NCBI GenBank assembly: GCA_951406725.2
Contig: OX597817.1
Coordinates: 76,384,001-76,448,000 of the forward strand
Reading direction: 5' to 3'
Length of the DNA: 64,000 nucleotides
From: Octopus vulgaris
Lineage: Eukaryota
Below are positions 42,891 to 56,309 of the stretch, piece by piece (the first letter of the stretch is position 1; each line of letters begins with the position of its first letter). The notes beneath the pieces are model-generated. The model was not told where the DNA came from, searched no databases, and saw nothing but the letters and a program-made list of their open reading frames with translations. Position numbers and translations under genes: made by a program.

Positions 42891-43553
42891 AGGCTGTTGC
42901 CATAGTAATGAAGCTAAAGCATGCAGACTAGAGCCCGCTAGGTACATACTGACCTTGAGCTCTTTTGTGCATACGCAGTAAGTTTTACGGCTCTAGCTCA
43001 CTTCCGTGCTTGGAAAGAAGGTTATAGCATGTGATCGTCGCATTGATCATCACAGAGAAAGTTAGGCAATGGAACGAAATTGCCTGACACGCGTCTCATA
43101 CTTAAATCTTCAGTGATAATGGACTGAACTGAACCGTAACTAATCTGCACGTTTTCTGATAACTCACGGATGGTGATTCGACGATTCCCCCTCACAATTA
43201 CACGCACGTCTGCGAGGTTTTTCTCAGTTTTGCTGGTTGCCGGTCTCCCATAACGTTCGTCAATACCAATATTTTTCTGCCATCTCGGAAACGTCTGAAC
43301 CACTTGTACACTTGTATACGACTCATACACACCTCTCCATACCCTTTCTGCAACTTTACGTCAGCCTCTGATCAGGTATCGCCATGATAACTTTCTCTGT
43401 CATGGTGAACGATCACACGCTACACACCTTCCTTCCAAGCACTGCTGTAAAAAGCGGAAATGAGTCAGAACGTTAAATTTTAGTGTGCATCACTCCGCGT
43501 GTTTTGGTTTCGTTACTATGCCAATAGTCCGGATACTTATTGATGAGACCTCG
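42891..43553. mobile_element. Mariner derivative made of two inverted 5' ends
   Basis: TIR ...gatacttattgatgagacctcg|TA at 43553. HTH fragment GRP...NRRITIREL at 43022-43330 (minus). 42891-43063 is an inverted, diverged homolog of 43388-43530. Confidence 0.75.
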
Positions 43554-43630
<77 letters not shown>

Positions 43631-43645
43631 GTATGTATGTATGTA

Positions 43646-43699
<54 letters not shown>

Positions 43700-44299
43700 A
43701 GTATTTTACATATGTTCGTATAGATATATATTTATATATATATGTCATATATTTCGTTTTTGAATTTGGTTTGCAAGATTCTTTATATGAGTTCGTGTGT
43801 TGAAGCATATTCTATTGTGTCTGGGGAGAGTCATTTTCTTTTTGTGCCTTATAATACAACACACTCACCGGTAAAATTTCCACTTTTTTTTCTTATTTTT
43901 ATTTTCCTAAAATTTTCGTTGCGTCTTGCAACCTTTTCAATAGTCTTGACTCTATATATTTACTATGTTATATATTTACTATGTGTGTATATATATATAC
44001 ATTTCTGGCACACATCCTTCATAGAAATTCCAATGAAAATGTTAATCAACTGGAAATCTTATGATCTATCGAAATTTTTAAATTATATATTCACTGGAGA
44101 TGAGAAAATTTGCGTGGCATTGAACTGTGCATCTACCAAGGCAGCATGTTTGCTCAAACACAACTTTGTCCTGGTGCGATATATTTAGATATTTTAATAT
44201 ATAAAACTTAGATAAAACTTAGATATGTTTCGACCAAAGATCGGTCCAGGACATGTCTAACTTAATAGCACCACCTGATATGATTGTATAAATCCTGTT

Positions 44300-44760
44300 T
44301 AAGTCAAGTTTTGTTTGTGGTCCATTCAAGTAGTGAGTTTTTGTTAGGTGAGTTGTACCCAATTATGGGTGGCTTATCTGGTATTCTTTGAAGGAATCTA
44401 TCCAGACTCCGTTTAAAGTTGATGGGATCCTTTTCCTCTTTGATCCCTTTCGGGACAATGTTAAATAGGGCAGGGCCTGTTGAGCAAAAGAAATTATGTT
44501 GCTGTGTACATATATGCTGTGATCCTGAATTGGGCAGGGAACGTATGGTTCGTGGTCCCAGTCTTGGATGAACCTTGAAGCTAATGTTCAGGTCGTTTGG
44601 GCAAAGTTGGCGGTATATTCTCCACATCGTACAAAGGAGGAGAAACGTGGTATGATGACACCTTGTTCTCTGGACCGGAAGGTTCTTAGGATCCAAGAAC
44701 TTATCCTACGAGCTGAAACTAGAGGAAATATATATATATATCGCTTTTCTTTTATATAAT
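44300..44760 (-). mobile_element. CR1-group LINE 3' end
   Basis: GPALFNIVPKGIK...FKRSLDRFLQRIPDKP...NSL. Confidence 0.8.
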
Positions 44761-44834
44761 TAGCCTGCATATTATAGGAAGGCATACACCACCAATCCAG
44801 ATTGTGTTGAACGCAAGATGGTTTCCTCTTAAGG

Positions 44835-44890
44835 AATTGTCGTCAAAAATAATTATACACACGCATTCGCGCACACACACATGTATACAT

Positions 44891-44967
<77 letters not shown>

Positions 44968-44995
44968 CATATATATAGACACACGTAAGTGTATG

Positions 44996-45031
<36 letters not shown>

Positions 45032-45103
45032 CGTGTGCGTGTGTACGTATGTATACCTGTGTGTGTGCGCGAATGCGTGTGTATAATTATTTTTGACGAC
45101 AAT

Positions 45104-45104
<1 letters not shown>
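44835..45104. repeat. Fold-back inverted repeat enclosing a microsatellite
   Basis: aattgtcgtcaaaaataattatacacacgcattcgcgcacacacac and its exact reverse complement ending at 45104. Confidence 0.9.
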
Positions 45105-45144
<40 letters not shown>

Positions 45145-45565
45145 GTTTATGTGTGTATGTATATATATATTTATGTGTGTATGTATATATATATATATAT
45201 ATATCTTTATATATATATATATATATATATATTCGTACATATATAGAGGCAAGCAGCATCTGTTACAAGTGTCACATGCACTCTATTCTCTGCACCGAGT
45301 ATTTGTACACCGATATGGTGATTATGATAATTAATTTCAAATAACAATAATAACACCAGTAAACTAGGACCTTGCCAAAGGGAATTTATATTTAAACAAG
45401 ATGGTAATTACAAGAATCTCATTCCATTGTCATCTCCCTCAGGCAAGAAATTAGGGCTCAAATAATTACGGACAACATTTAACGAAATTGAAGTCAACTA
45501 GTCTTTGGTAATTGAAATTGTTAATTCTCCTGCATGCATCCAAACAATTACTGTATTTGATAAGA

Positions 45566-45698
<133 letters not shown>

Positions 45699-45746
45699 CA
45701 TGTCTGTCTGTCTGTCTATTACAAGCATGTATTCTTATCTTTGAAA

Positions 45747-45784
<38 letters not shown>

Positions 45785-45852
45785 CATACACACACATATA
45801 TGCTCATATACATATATAGATACACACACATCTATACATACATACATAAATA

Positions 45853-45904
<52 letters not shown>

Positions 45905-46157
45905 ATATGTATATATATGTATATATATATACATATGTGTGTGTGTGTGTGTGTGTGTATATTTAATATTACTCCATTACCGAAAACTGTGTTCATGCAT
46001 TGTATTATACTGCTGGCAAAAATTTCTATTAATTGGCTCTCAGTTACTTGTCTTCTCTCCTGGTGTAAAAATGCCTTTTGTAGTAGACAGGAATTCAATA
46101 TGAAGACATGTTTTAAGAACATTATGCACGCGAGTGCATGTGTGTGTGTATGTAGCC

Positions 46158-46264
<107 letters not shown>

Positions 46265-46269
46265 CATCC

Positions 46270-46304
<35 letters not shown>

Positions 46305-46352
46305 TCTCTCTCTCTCTCTCTCTCTCTTTCTATCTGTCTATCTGTCTATATA

Positions 46353-46397
<45 letters not shown>

Positions 46398-46576
46398 CAT
46401 GCACACGTTTACACAGATATTGATGCATGTATATATATAGGTACATACACATTCAATCACACACACATGCATACATATACACGCATGCATGCATACATAC
46501 ATACATACATACATACATACATACATACATACATACATACATACATACATACACATACATACTTACATATATGCAT

Positions 46577-46970
46577 ACCATCATAGAAGTCAGCTGCCCT
46601 GCAGATATAAACATCTCTTTGAAAATCAAAGAAAAGAGGTTATCTGTGGACAACTGCTTCGAAACTTCCAGTTTCTATATCCAGACTATGAATTCATATC
46701 CGTATCAATAATAATTGGAGCACTAGGTTTTCTTAGTAAATGCTTAAAGGATAAATTGGGATTTTCAGAAAGAGAAATCGACCGGCTAATTTGTACATTG
46801 CAAGTGCAATTTGTGAGTGGAACAGTAAAAATATGCAAGACTTTTCTCAAGTCCAAATGTGAATTTGTGTGAGCTAACCTCTTACGAAAGATGGAGCCTT
46901 GTTTCTTTGTTGGAAATCGGCTCTCCTCAATGGAAGATTTATAATAATAACAATAAAAAAATAGAAGAGA
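46577..46970 (+). mobile_element. R4/Dong-like 3' end in (CATA)n
   Basis: IIEVSCPADINISLKIKEK / QLLRNFQFLYPDYEF..IIIGALG..GTVKICKTFLK. (CATA)n on both sides. Confidence 0.85.
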
Positions 46971-47119
46971 CATACATACATACTAAATATTCTCGGAGTG
47001 GTCAGTCATCATATTGTCACTGGTACCAGATTTCGACAACATTCGGGAGACTAAAAGACGATGAAATTAATAACAATGACAACAACAATATGATGGCCCT
47101 TAGTGTAGATAACTGATTT

Positions 47120-47319
47120 GTTGTGGTAGATTATTAGAGTCTCATACAGCTGTTACTGGAATACTTGACCAAGTGAATCATGTTGATGTATAACGAATTC
47201 ACGATAGCCAAGTAACTCGTCATCAAGGTGGTCGCAGTAAAGCGCTATAAACAGAGAATATACAAGCGTGTGTACACACACACACACACGCACACGCGCA
47301 CACACGCACGCACTCAGAG

Positions 47320-47353
<34 letters not shown>

Positions 47354-48829
47354 GAACGTACACATCTCTATTGATTGGTATATATCTAATCGGCGCAAGG
47401 CTCAGTGGTTAGAGCGTCGGACTCACAATCATGAAGTAGTGAGTTCGATTCCCGGACCAGACTGCGTGTTTTCTTCTTGAGTAAGACACTTTATTTCTCG
47501 TTGCTCCAGTTAACTCAGCTGTATAAATGAGCTGCGATGTCACTGGTGCCAAGCTGTATCAGCCTTTGCTTTTCCTTTGGATGAAATCGGTAGCGTGGAG
47601 AGGAGAGGTTGGCACGCATGTGCGACTGTTGGTCTTCCATAAACAACCTTGCCCAGACTTGTACCTCGGGGGGGGGGGTAATTTCTGGGTGCAATTCCAT
47701 TATCAATCATAACCGAAAGGGGTCTTTACCATTCCTAATTACACACCGATTTTACTCTGTATTTTCCTCACATTGCTGTATATTTCTTAACTCGGCAAGG
47801 ACTCTTCTTGGTCTTTACCTCACACTGAAATATAGTTTTCAACGCAAACTTTTATTGATCTTAGAATGGATCTCTTAACATATATATTGCTGCTGTCGAT
47901 CGTCCTTAACTTTTTATCTGCTGAACAACTTAACTGGTGACATAAAACATTCATATACGGGTCATATATTTTATAAGACTTCATTAATTCTATAACTTCT
48001 TTAATCCTTTAATTCTTTAATCACGGAATTACAAAATACGTCTCATAGTAATTTATGACTACTGATATCTTCAGTTAAGTATCTGTTTTTCTAGACCGCT
48101 TTACCGCGATCTCTCTGATGACAAGTTTTTTTATTACATCATTTCGTCATACATTAACATGATTTACTTGCCCAAGTATTCCAGAAACAAATGTTAGAGT
48201 CTCTGTTTATCTGCCATAACTGTTCTATGCTTTATACTGTATTTGTACTCTTTACTATGAAATAAATATCCTCGAATAGCACCAAATGCTTTGCAAATCT
48301 TATACACACACACACATATACACATATATACACACACGAACACAAACAAAAATGGTATTGACAGTGATTTTGAAGTTTCGGTCTATTAAGCCTCGTCAGA
48401 ATACTACACATTTGGGCTCTTCTTGGTTATATATAGTCTCTCTTAAGTCAAAACTTTCTGGAATAGGTGAAGTTCTATTGAATGATAATTAGGTTTTAGG
48501 GTAGCTTGTGATGGAAAGGTACCCTGAAAGATTTTTATTAATTAAATTTGGAGTTGTGTTATTGAAAGAATTCATTCATGTAAGTAAAACTTTGTAATCA
48601 CATGTCTGTATTTAGGTGTTTCAGCTTCAGGTCTTGGGGTTGTTCTTTAGGGTTCACAAAAATCTATGAAGATGTAAAGGTTAGTCTTTTCAGCGGTTGT
48701 GCCATTACATTTAGCTGTTGTTGATTTTATAACGTGCGGTATTATGTAATAACATGATTAAAGAATTAAAGGATTAAAGGGGTTATAGAATTAATGAAGT
48801 CTTATAAAGTATATGACCCGTATATGAAT
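47120..48829. mobile_element. Penelope-like region with two inverted-repeat pairs and a hammerhead, interrupted by a SINE (47391-47730)
   Basis: 47120-47260 is inverted relative to 48080-48215, and 47949-48039 is inverted relative to 48739-48829. Confidence 0.6.
48111..48199 (+). ncRNA. Hammerhead-like motif with ~60-nt stem II region
   Basis: ctct-CTGATGA-caag...cttg...cca-GAAAC-aaat-GTT-agag. Confidence 0.55.
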
Positions 48830-49347
48830 TGGAAATTAAATGTTTTGTTTTGAAAATGTAAATACTATAGTTCAAACTTTAATCCCGCATTTAAACCTTT
48901 GTACGTTTATTTAGGTGTATCAGCTTTTAGGTCATGGGGATTTTAAGGATTCATAAAAGAAAGAATGTAGGTGAAAGGCTGGTCAGCAGTTTTTTCTACT
49001 TATCGTTGGTGTTATTTATATTTCACTTGTTTTTTTTCAGAAGGTGGATGTTATCAGCCAAGCGTGTAAGTCTGGGATTATGTGCGTTCATTTAGGTGTG
49101 TCAGCTTTAGATCATGGTGTTGTTAGCAGAGAAATTTGTTTATCTCTTGCATTTATGTTCACAAAAGAATATAGGTAGGTGTAAAGTTTAGCTGGTCCGT
49201 AGATATCTCACTAGGAGTTAATCGTTCCTGATGCTATTTGATTACTATTTAGAAAATGTAACCTTCGTGTCTTAGGGAGGTAGAGTTGGTAGTATATAAT
49301 ATAGTATTTTGGACCTATGAATATACGTAAATATGGTGCATTATAAA

Positions 49348-49502
49348 AGGCGTAGGAATGGTAAGTAGTTTGCTTACGAACCACATGGTTCCGGGTTCAG
49401 TCCCACTGCGTGGCACCTTGGGCAAATGTTTTCTGCTATAGCCGTGGGCTGACCAAAGCCTTGTGAGTGGATTTGGTAGACGGAAACTGAAAGAAGCCCG
49501 TA

Positions 49503-49589
<87 letters not shown>

Positions 49590-49787
49590 TGTGTCTGTGT
49601 TTGTCCCCCCAATATCACTTGGTGGTGTGTTTACGTCGCCGTCACTTAGTGGTTCGGCAAAAGAGACCGATAGAATAAGTACTAGGTTTATAAAGAATAA
49701 GTCCTGGGGTCGATTTGGTCGACTAAAGGCGGTGTTCCAGCATGGCCACAATCAAATGACTCAAACAAGTAACAGAGTAAAAGAGTA
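49348..49787 (+). mobile_element. SINE family A
   Basis: Consensus match. Confidence 0.9.
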
Positions 49788-50180
49788 AATGATTATGTAT
49801 AAAAATAAAGATAAATACAGAAAAGAAAAAGTGAACATCTCCCTAAGTCTTTGTTTTTTATCGTTCAACGGAAAAATTCAATAACAAGTTTCTGAGATAT
49901 TTCGGGTACACACAAACATATTTAGCGTTTTAGTATTACTAAGATAAAGTATAGCATAAGAAGTATATTTACTTAATCTGAAGACCAACTGGAAATTTTG
50001 GAAATTTTTGTCATCCAGTATTGTTCCATATTACATTGCTTGTATAATCATACAAGTGTGAAAAACATATTTGTGCTATATTTCTAGTTTTGAAGCTTTT
50101 GGTTGTTTTCTGTGGGAAGGCCAATTACTTAAAGGGTTTATACAGCATTGATAAAATGCTAAGTTTGAAAATATATATTA

Positions 50181-50560
50181 CTAGTAGTATATCGCCCGGC
50201 GTTGCTCGGGTTTGTTTCGAACCCTTTAGAATTGGAATTTTTGAAAAGTAAATGTAGCTTGTTATTCTCTTTAGGTGAAAATTTTTCTGGTTGAAATACA
50301 CCGGTAAATGGCGACACAGCAGTAAAAAAATCGTAAAAAATAGAGATTTTCATAGAAAAAAGCACCTTTTTGATGTAAATAATTTTTGGTGTTAACATGG
50401 TCCGATTTGAATTTTATCTTCTACGAATTGAAGAACAAGTCTTCTTCTATCATACTCTCAATTTTGGTCAACTTGCGTCAGAGGGTCTTGGAGGAGATAG
50501 TGTTAGTTGAAGGCTACCAAACCTGCCACACACAGACAACTTCAGCTTTATATATATAGA
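50181..50560 (-). mobile_element. Non-autonomous Helitron
   Basis: A|TC...CTAG|T termini on the minus strand. Same 3' end as 30211-30593. Confidence 0.75.
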
Positions 50561-51021
50561 TTAGTTCACAAAATCCAATATAAATTAAAGTAAACTAGAT
50601 CTTATACAAGCAGTGTAATTAGATCTTGTGCAAGTAGCGTGATTCGACCTCCTACAAGTAACTAGAGATGTACAGGTAGCATTCAGGTATTCATTGTTGC
50701 ATTATATACGATACTTTCAAATCAAAGTTTGCGCTCCTTTACACCACCGACTGGCTGCTTACCTTTTCGGGTGCATATCATAGAAAATAATGACGCACGA
50801 AATTTCAAAGTGTCCTATCAATTTCAGTACTTGTTTCTGAATACTTTTATTTATCACGTTTCGTTTGAAAATACAAATATTCAGTGCTTTGTGGAAACGC
50901 TCAGTTTTGGAAATAATGACCTACAGTATGTCGGGTGTTTATGATTCCATAATCTTATATATTGGGTTGTCCGGAAAGTTCATGCCGATTTATAGTAGCT
51001 TACCTTTCGACTTATTCTAGA

Positions 51022-51069
<48 letters not shown>

Positions 51070-51366
51070 GATGATGATGATGATGATGATGATGATCGTG
51101 ATGATAATAATAGTAATAATGGTGTCAAATTTTTCCACAACGGCAGAAATTTTGGGGGAGGATTAAGGCGATTACATCGACCCCAGTGTTCAACGCGTAC
51201 GTATTTTATCGATCCCAAAAGAATGAATGGCAAAATCGACCTCGGCGGAATTTGAATCCAGAACGTAAAGACGGGCGAAATGCTGCTAAGCACTTTGCTC
51301 GTAGTACTACCCATTCTGCCAGCTCACGACCTCAATAAAAACATCAACAACAACAACAACAAAAAT

Positions 51367-51416
<50 letters not shown>

Positions 51417-51417
<1 letters not shown>

Positions 51418-52049
51418 TTCATTTATCTGCCACAAAAGCAAAGGATGAGGGGAGAGAATACAGAGAAAGACAAGTGTGTGGGGAGCTTACATTTAATGAA
51501 ATGATATTTGAAAAATGAAGTACACACGGTATACACTGGAAAAGAAGAGACATATGCATAGCAGGCAAAAGTAAAAAAAAAAAAGGGAGAGGAAGATGAT
51601 AGAGATGTGGCCCTCCTGATACAGGGACGCTTCTAGGGATAATCAAGGAACTCCACTGTTGGAGATTTCCTGAAACCCCAAGAGCAAGTGCCCTCTCCAA
51701 TTTCTTCTCTCCGACTCACAGGTCTACGCTTAGAGCGGTACCATCCACTCTTGCCATTTTCACAACTTTCACCCACCTTTCAATAAACTCACTTGAGGAC
51801 AGCGCTTCCCTTACCACTCTCAATTTCTTTTTCAAGTAAAACTTGAAAAACTCAGTGAGAGCTCTACCAAAGTGTAATGTGTCTGTCCTCATGCATTTCA
51901 GCCTTATCCACCAAACAACGTCTTTCGCCACAGCCACCAGGCAAAGGAAAATTGCCTTGCCTGCCGGATTGAAGGAAGATGGCGGTGCAATCATCACTAC
52001 AGACTCGACCGACAGACGGATCCGTCCTACACGTTACAGCAGCTGTTCA
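51417..52049 (-). mobile_element. Tx1/L1-clade LINE 3' end in (AAT)n
   Basis: ORF 51716-51997 reads FLCLVAVAKDVVWWIR...FKFYLKKKL...FIERW. A short copy of the same tail lies at 53175-53240. Confidence 0.7.
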
Positions 52050-52429
52050 ATAATAATAATTATTATAATCCTTTCTCCTATAGGTACAAGACTTGAAAAT
52101 TTAGTGGTGGTGGTGGGGGGGTAGTCGTTTACATCAATTTCAGTACTCAACTGGTACTTAATTTATCAACCCCAAAAGGATGAAAGGCGAAGTCGACCTC
52201 GGTGGAATTTGAACTGGGTACGTGAAGACAGACGAAATGCTGCAAAGTATTCTGCCTGGCGTGCTAGCGATTCTGCCAGCTCACCACCTCAATAATAATA
52301 AAAATTAATAATAATAATAATGATAACAATAATAATAATAATTACATTTCTTTACTGGCCACAAGGGGCTAAACATAGAGGGGACAAACAAGGACTGACA
52401 AAAGGATTAAATCGATCACATCGACCCCA

Positions 52430-52892
52430 CCAGGCAGTGGCTCTCATGGCTTCTGATCTTAACTGATTGGAAATGTTATCATGTACATTGTTTTGTCTTG
52501 GTATAAAAGATGGGCTATAGCAAATATTCTGCTCAATACCACAGATTTGCTTGTCAGTTGTTTGACCTTAACCAGTTGACCATGTCCCTTTAGTGGCTGA
52601 CGATATGTGCATCTCTGATCACGAGCAGAAGTAGTGGGGGAGCATCATAGCCATGTGTTGAGAGGGATTCTTTGGGGTTTGAATAATTCACCTCTGGAAA
52701 CATGGGTGGTTCTTCCAACATCCTTAAACAACCCTTATTCAGAGACCTTTTGAGCGGGATGGGCTACTCAACCTGAAGTTGTGATGCATGTGCCTGGTGT
52801 ACCCTTATCAGACGGGTAGTCATGATGGGTATATTGGGCTTCGTATATTTTACCCCAGTGTCACTTTGATGGCATGCACTGCTCTCTCACTC

Positions 52893-52893
<1 letters not shown>
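52430..52893. mobile_element. Family C element (opposite orientation), fused to a SINE B tail
   Basis: Reverse complement of 22440-22980 with an internal deletion. Confidence 0.9.
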
Positions 52894-52928
<35 letters not shown>

Positions 52929-53126
52929 CCTTTCTACAGGAGTCACAAAGCCTCAAATTTGGAGCAAAGGATTAAGTCAATTATATCGATCCCAGTACGC
53001 AAATGGCACTTATTTTATCGACCCCGAAAGGATGAAAGGCAAAGTCGACTTCGGCACAATTTGAACTCAGAACGTAGCATTTCGCCCGGCGTGCTAACAA
53101 TTCTGCCAGCTCGCTGCCTTAATAGC

Positions 53127-53176
<50 letters not shown>

Positions 53177-53269
53177 TTTCATTTATTTGCCACGAAGGCG
53201 AAAGATGAGGGGGGACGATACAGAAACAGACATAAAGTATAGGTGTTTTTGCATATAATAATGAAATGA

Positions 53270-53381
53270 TAAAATAAAATAATAATAATAATAATAATAA
53301 TGGTGATGATGAAGATGATGATGATGATGATGATGACGATAACGACGACAATAATCATAATGATGATGGTGGTGGTGGTGG

Positions 53382-53414
<33 letters not shown>

Positions 53415-54468
53415 TCACCAGCACGTTCATTTGTTGTTCACATAGCTATTCACTCGGTAATGCACGAGTCACTCCAATAAACAATAATATATTAAGATCG
53501 GATCTGGAAGAATGGAAAAAGTGAAGTACACCTTGTCACAATTTAAACTAAGAACTTAATAAAACGCTACTACATACCTGTAAAGAACTGATGCATGACA
53601 TTTCCGAACAGCTCTTCGGGGACGTCATTATATGGCTACATAACATACTCTGCATTGAACAATTGTAAATTATGTAAAACAAAAAGAAAAGAAGAAAAAA
53701 GAAAAAAATGTAAAAATAAAACAAAAAAATACGAAAAGCACAGCAACAAACAATAACTTATACGACAATATCTTAAAGCTGTCATGACACTATATTTCAC
53801 TTAATTTTTGTTTCTATCCACCCCGCCGCAAAATTGTTTACAGCACCGCCGACAACACCACGAACTACAACAACAACAACAACGACAACAACAACAATAT
53901 CATTGTCGTCCTCGTCGTCATGACCATCTTCATCGTCATGATAATCATCATCGTTGTCACCGTCATATTCGTCGCCATCTTCGTTGTCGTTGTGCCGTTG
54001 TGCCTCGTCATCGTCATTATCGTTGTCATCACTATCATCATTGTCGTCGTCACATTCGTCGCCATCATCGTCGTCGTCGGCGCCGTCGCCGTCAACATCG
54101 ACCTCCACGTCCCTCTCCATCTCCTCTTCCTCCTCTCGTCATCATCATCATCGTACCCCTCAAATGATACACTTCTTTCTCTTCTTCTTCTTCTTCTTCT
54201 TCTTCTTCTTCCTCTTTCTCTCCTTGTTGATGTTGTTCTCTTCTTCTTCTTCTTTCTCTCCTTGTTGTTGTTCTTCTCTTCTTTCTTCTTCTTCTTCTTC
54301 TTCTTCTTTCTTCTTCTTCTTCTTCTTCTTCTTCTTCTTCATAGTTTCATGTTGTTGTTGTTGTTCACCACCACCACCACCACCACCACTACCACTTGTT
54401 TATTTATTTAGCAAAATCCCATTGACAATAAGACATTAATTAAAGAACATCTCTCTCTCCCTCTCTCT

Positions 54469-54505
<37 letters not shown>

Positions 54506-55438
54506 GTTATTTAATTATTTCAATGACAGCAGAACTGAAAACGAAATAACAACAATGTGGTCTACACTAAAACACACCATACACGATGACAATGTCGGTT
54601 TTGTTTTTCCAAGGTAGACGACGAAGTGTGTGAGGGATTATGGATTGGTGACAATGACGATCATGATAAATGATAAATGATGATAAGATTCCAATGGGGT
54701 GGGGTGGTGGCGAACAATCGTGACGTTGCAGCAAAGCAATCGGTAATGATGATGATAATGATGATGATGATGATGATGATGATGATAATGTTGATTGATG
54801 AGAAGGATGATGATGATGATGATAATGATGATGATGATAATGATGATGATAATGATTAGGAGAGGGTGAATGGATGATTGTATGTATGATAAAGCATGAC
54901 AATGAAAACTGATGATGTCGATGCTGCTGCCGCTCTAATGATGACGACGGCGACGACGGTGATGATGATGCTGATAATGATAATGTCGATGCTTATAATG
55001 ATGGTGATGATGATGATGGTGGTGACTGCTATGAGGATGATGATGATGGCGAAGATGGCGAACATATGCATGATGATAATGATGATCGTGGTGACAAAAT
55101 GGTGGTAGACATAAACTGGAATCATGATAATTAGTTAATTGAGGTATTGGCTATATCTATGATGATTAATATGATGACAGTGACAATGACGACGACGACG
55201 TCGCTGTTGTTGTTGTTGTTGTTGCTGATGGTGGCGATGATGATGGTAATGATGATGATGATCACGATGATGATGATCATCATAACGATGAACATGATGA
55301 TATACAATTTCGAAAATTTGCACTGATTAACCACGAGTCAAACGGAAAGGTAATGAAAATCAAAATTATAATAAAATATAAAGCAACGTGTAAAAAAAAA
55401 CAGAAAATAAAGAGTGCAACCTTCACTATGTTGCCATT

Positions 55439-55506
<68 letters not shown>

Positions 55507-55605
55507 CATAAGTAATAGTAGTTGTAGTTGTTGTTGTAGTAGTGGTGATAATAATTATAATAATGATTTGTTTCCACATGCCACCAGGGGCTACTGCTGC
55601 TGCTG

Positions 55606-55652
<47 letters not shown>

Positions 55653-55720
55653 GCCACTACTACTGCTGCAGCTGCTGCTGCTACTACTACTACTAATACT
55701 ACTACTAATAATAATAATCA
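53270..55720. repeat. Long mosaic of degenerate trinucleotide repeats
   Basis: (GAT/AAT/CTT/CTA/GTT)n tracts. Confidence 0.95.
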
Positions 55721-56309
55721 TGTCACCAAAAACAGGCTTGAAGAGAGGAAAATTAATTAAGAACGTTGCTATTACCGCTAGATAAAGAAACAGAGACAAG
55801 AGAATTTAACCAAACACAGATATAACATATTTCAAATCATCGATAAATCAACACTCAACTGAACAAACTACAAACGAAAGAAAGGGTTGGGAAGAAATAT
55901 TAAAGACATATTAGATTAATGCAGAAAACAAATCCAAGTGTATAAGATAAGGAAATAAGCGTTAGAATTCCAGATGTTCCTGTTAAAAGTCATAGTTATA
56001 ATAATATTAACTGAATTGCAAAGTGAACTAGCAAATTTAGACACACACAAGAAAAATAATAGTTTCTAATTTAGGTGCAAGGCCGGTAATTTTAAATGGA
56101 GGAGCATAAGTCAATACTATCGACTCCAGTACTTGTCTGGTACTTTAATTTAGCGATCTCAGAAGCATGTGAAATATAGCTAACCTCGGTGGGATTTGAG
56201 CTCAGAATGTTTTTAAGCATTTTGTCCGACACTCTAATGATTCCACAAGGACCTTGCTCTAATAATGATGATGATAATGAGGAGGAGGAGGAGGAGGATG
56301 TTAAACACG

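Noticed and set aside
47391-47462. tRNA gene-like sequence (also other SINE heads)
   Set aside because: A/B-box heads continue directly into SINE bodies and lack a complete cloverleaf.
50590-50680. Short ~24-bp degenerate repeats as a CRISPR-like array
   Set aside because: No spacers and no cas genes. It is an ordinary decayed minisatellite.
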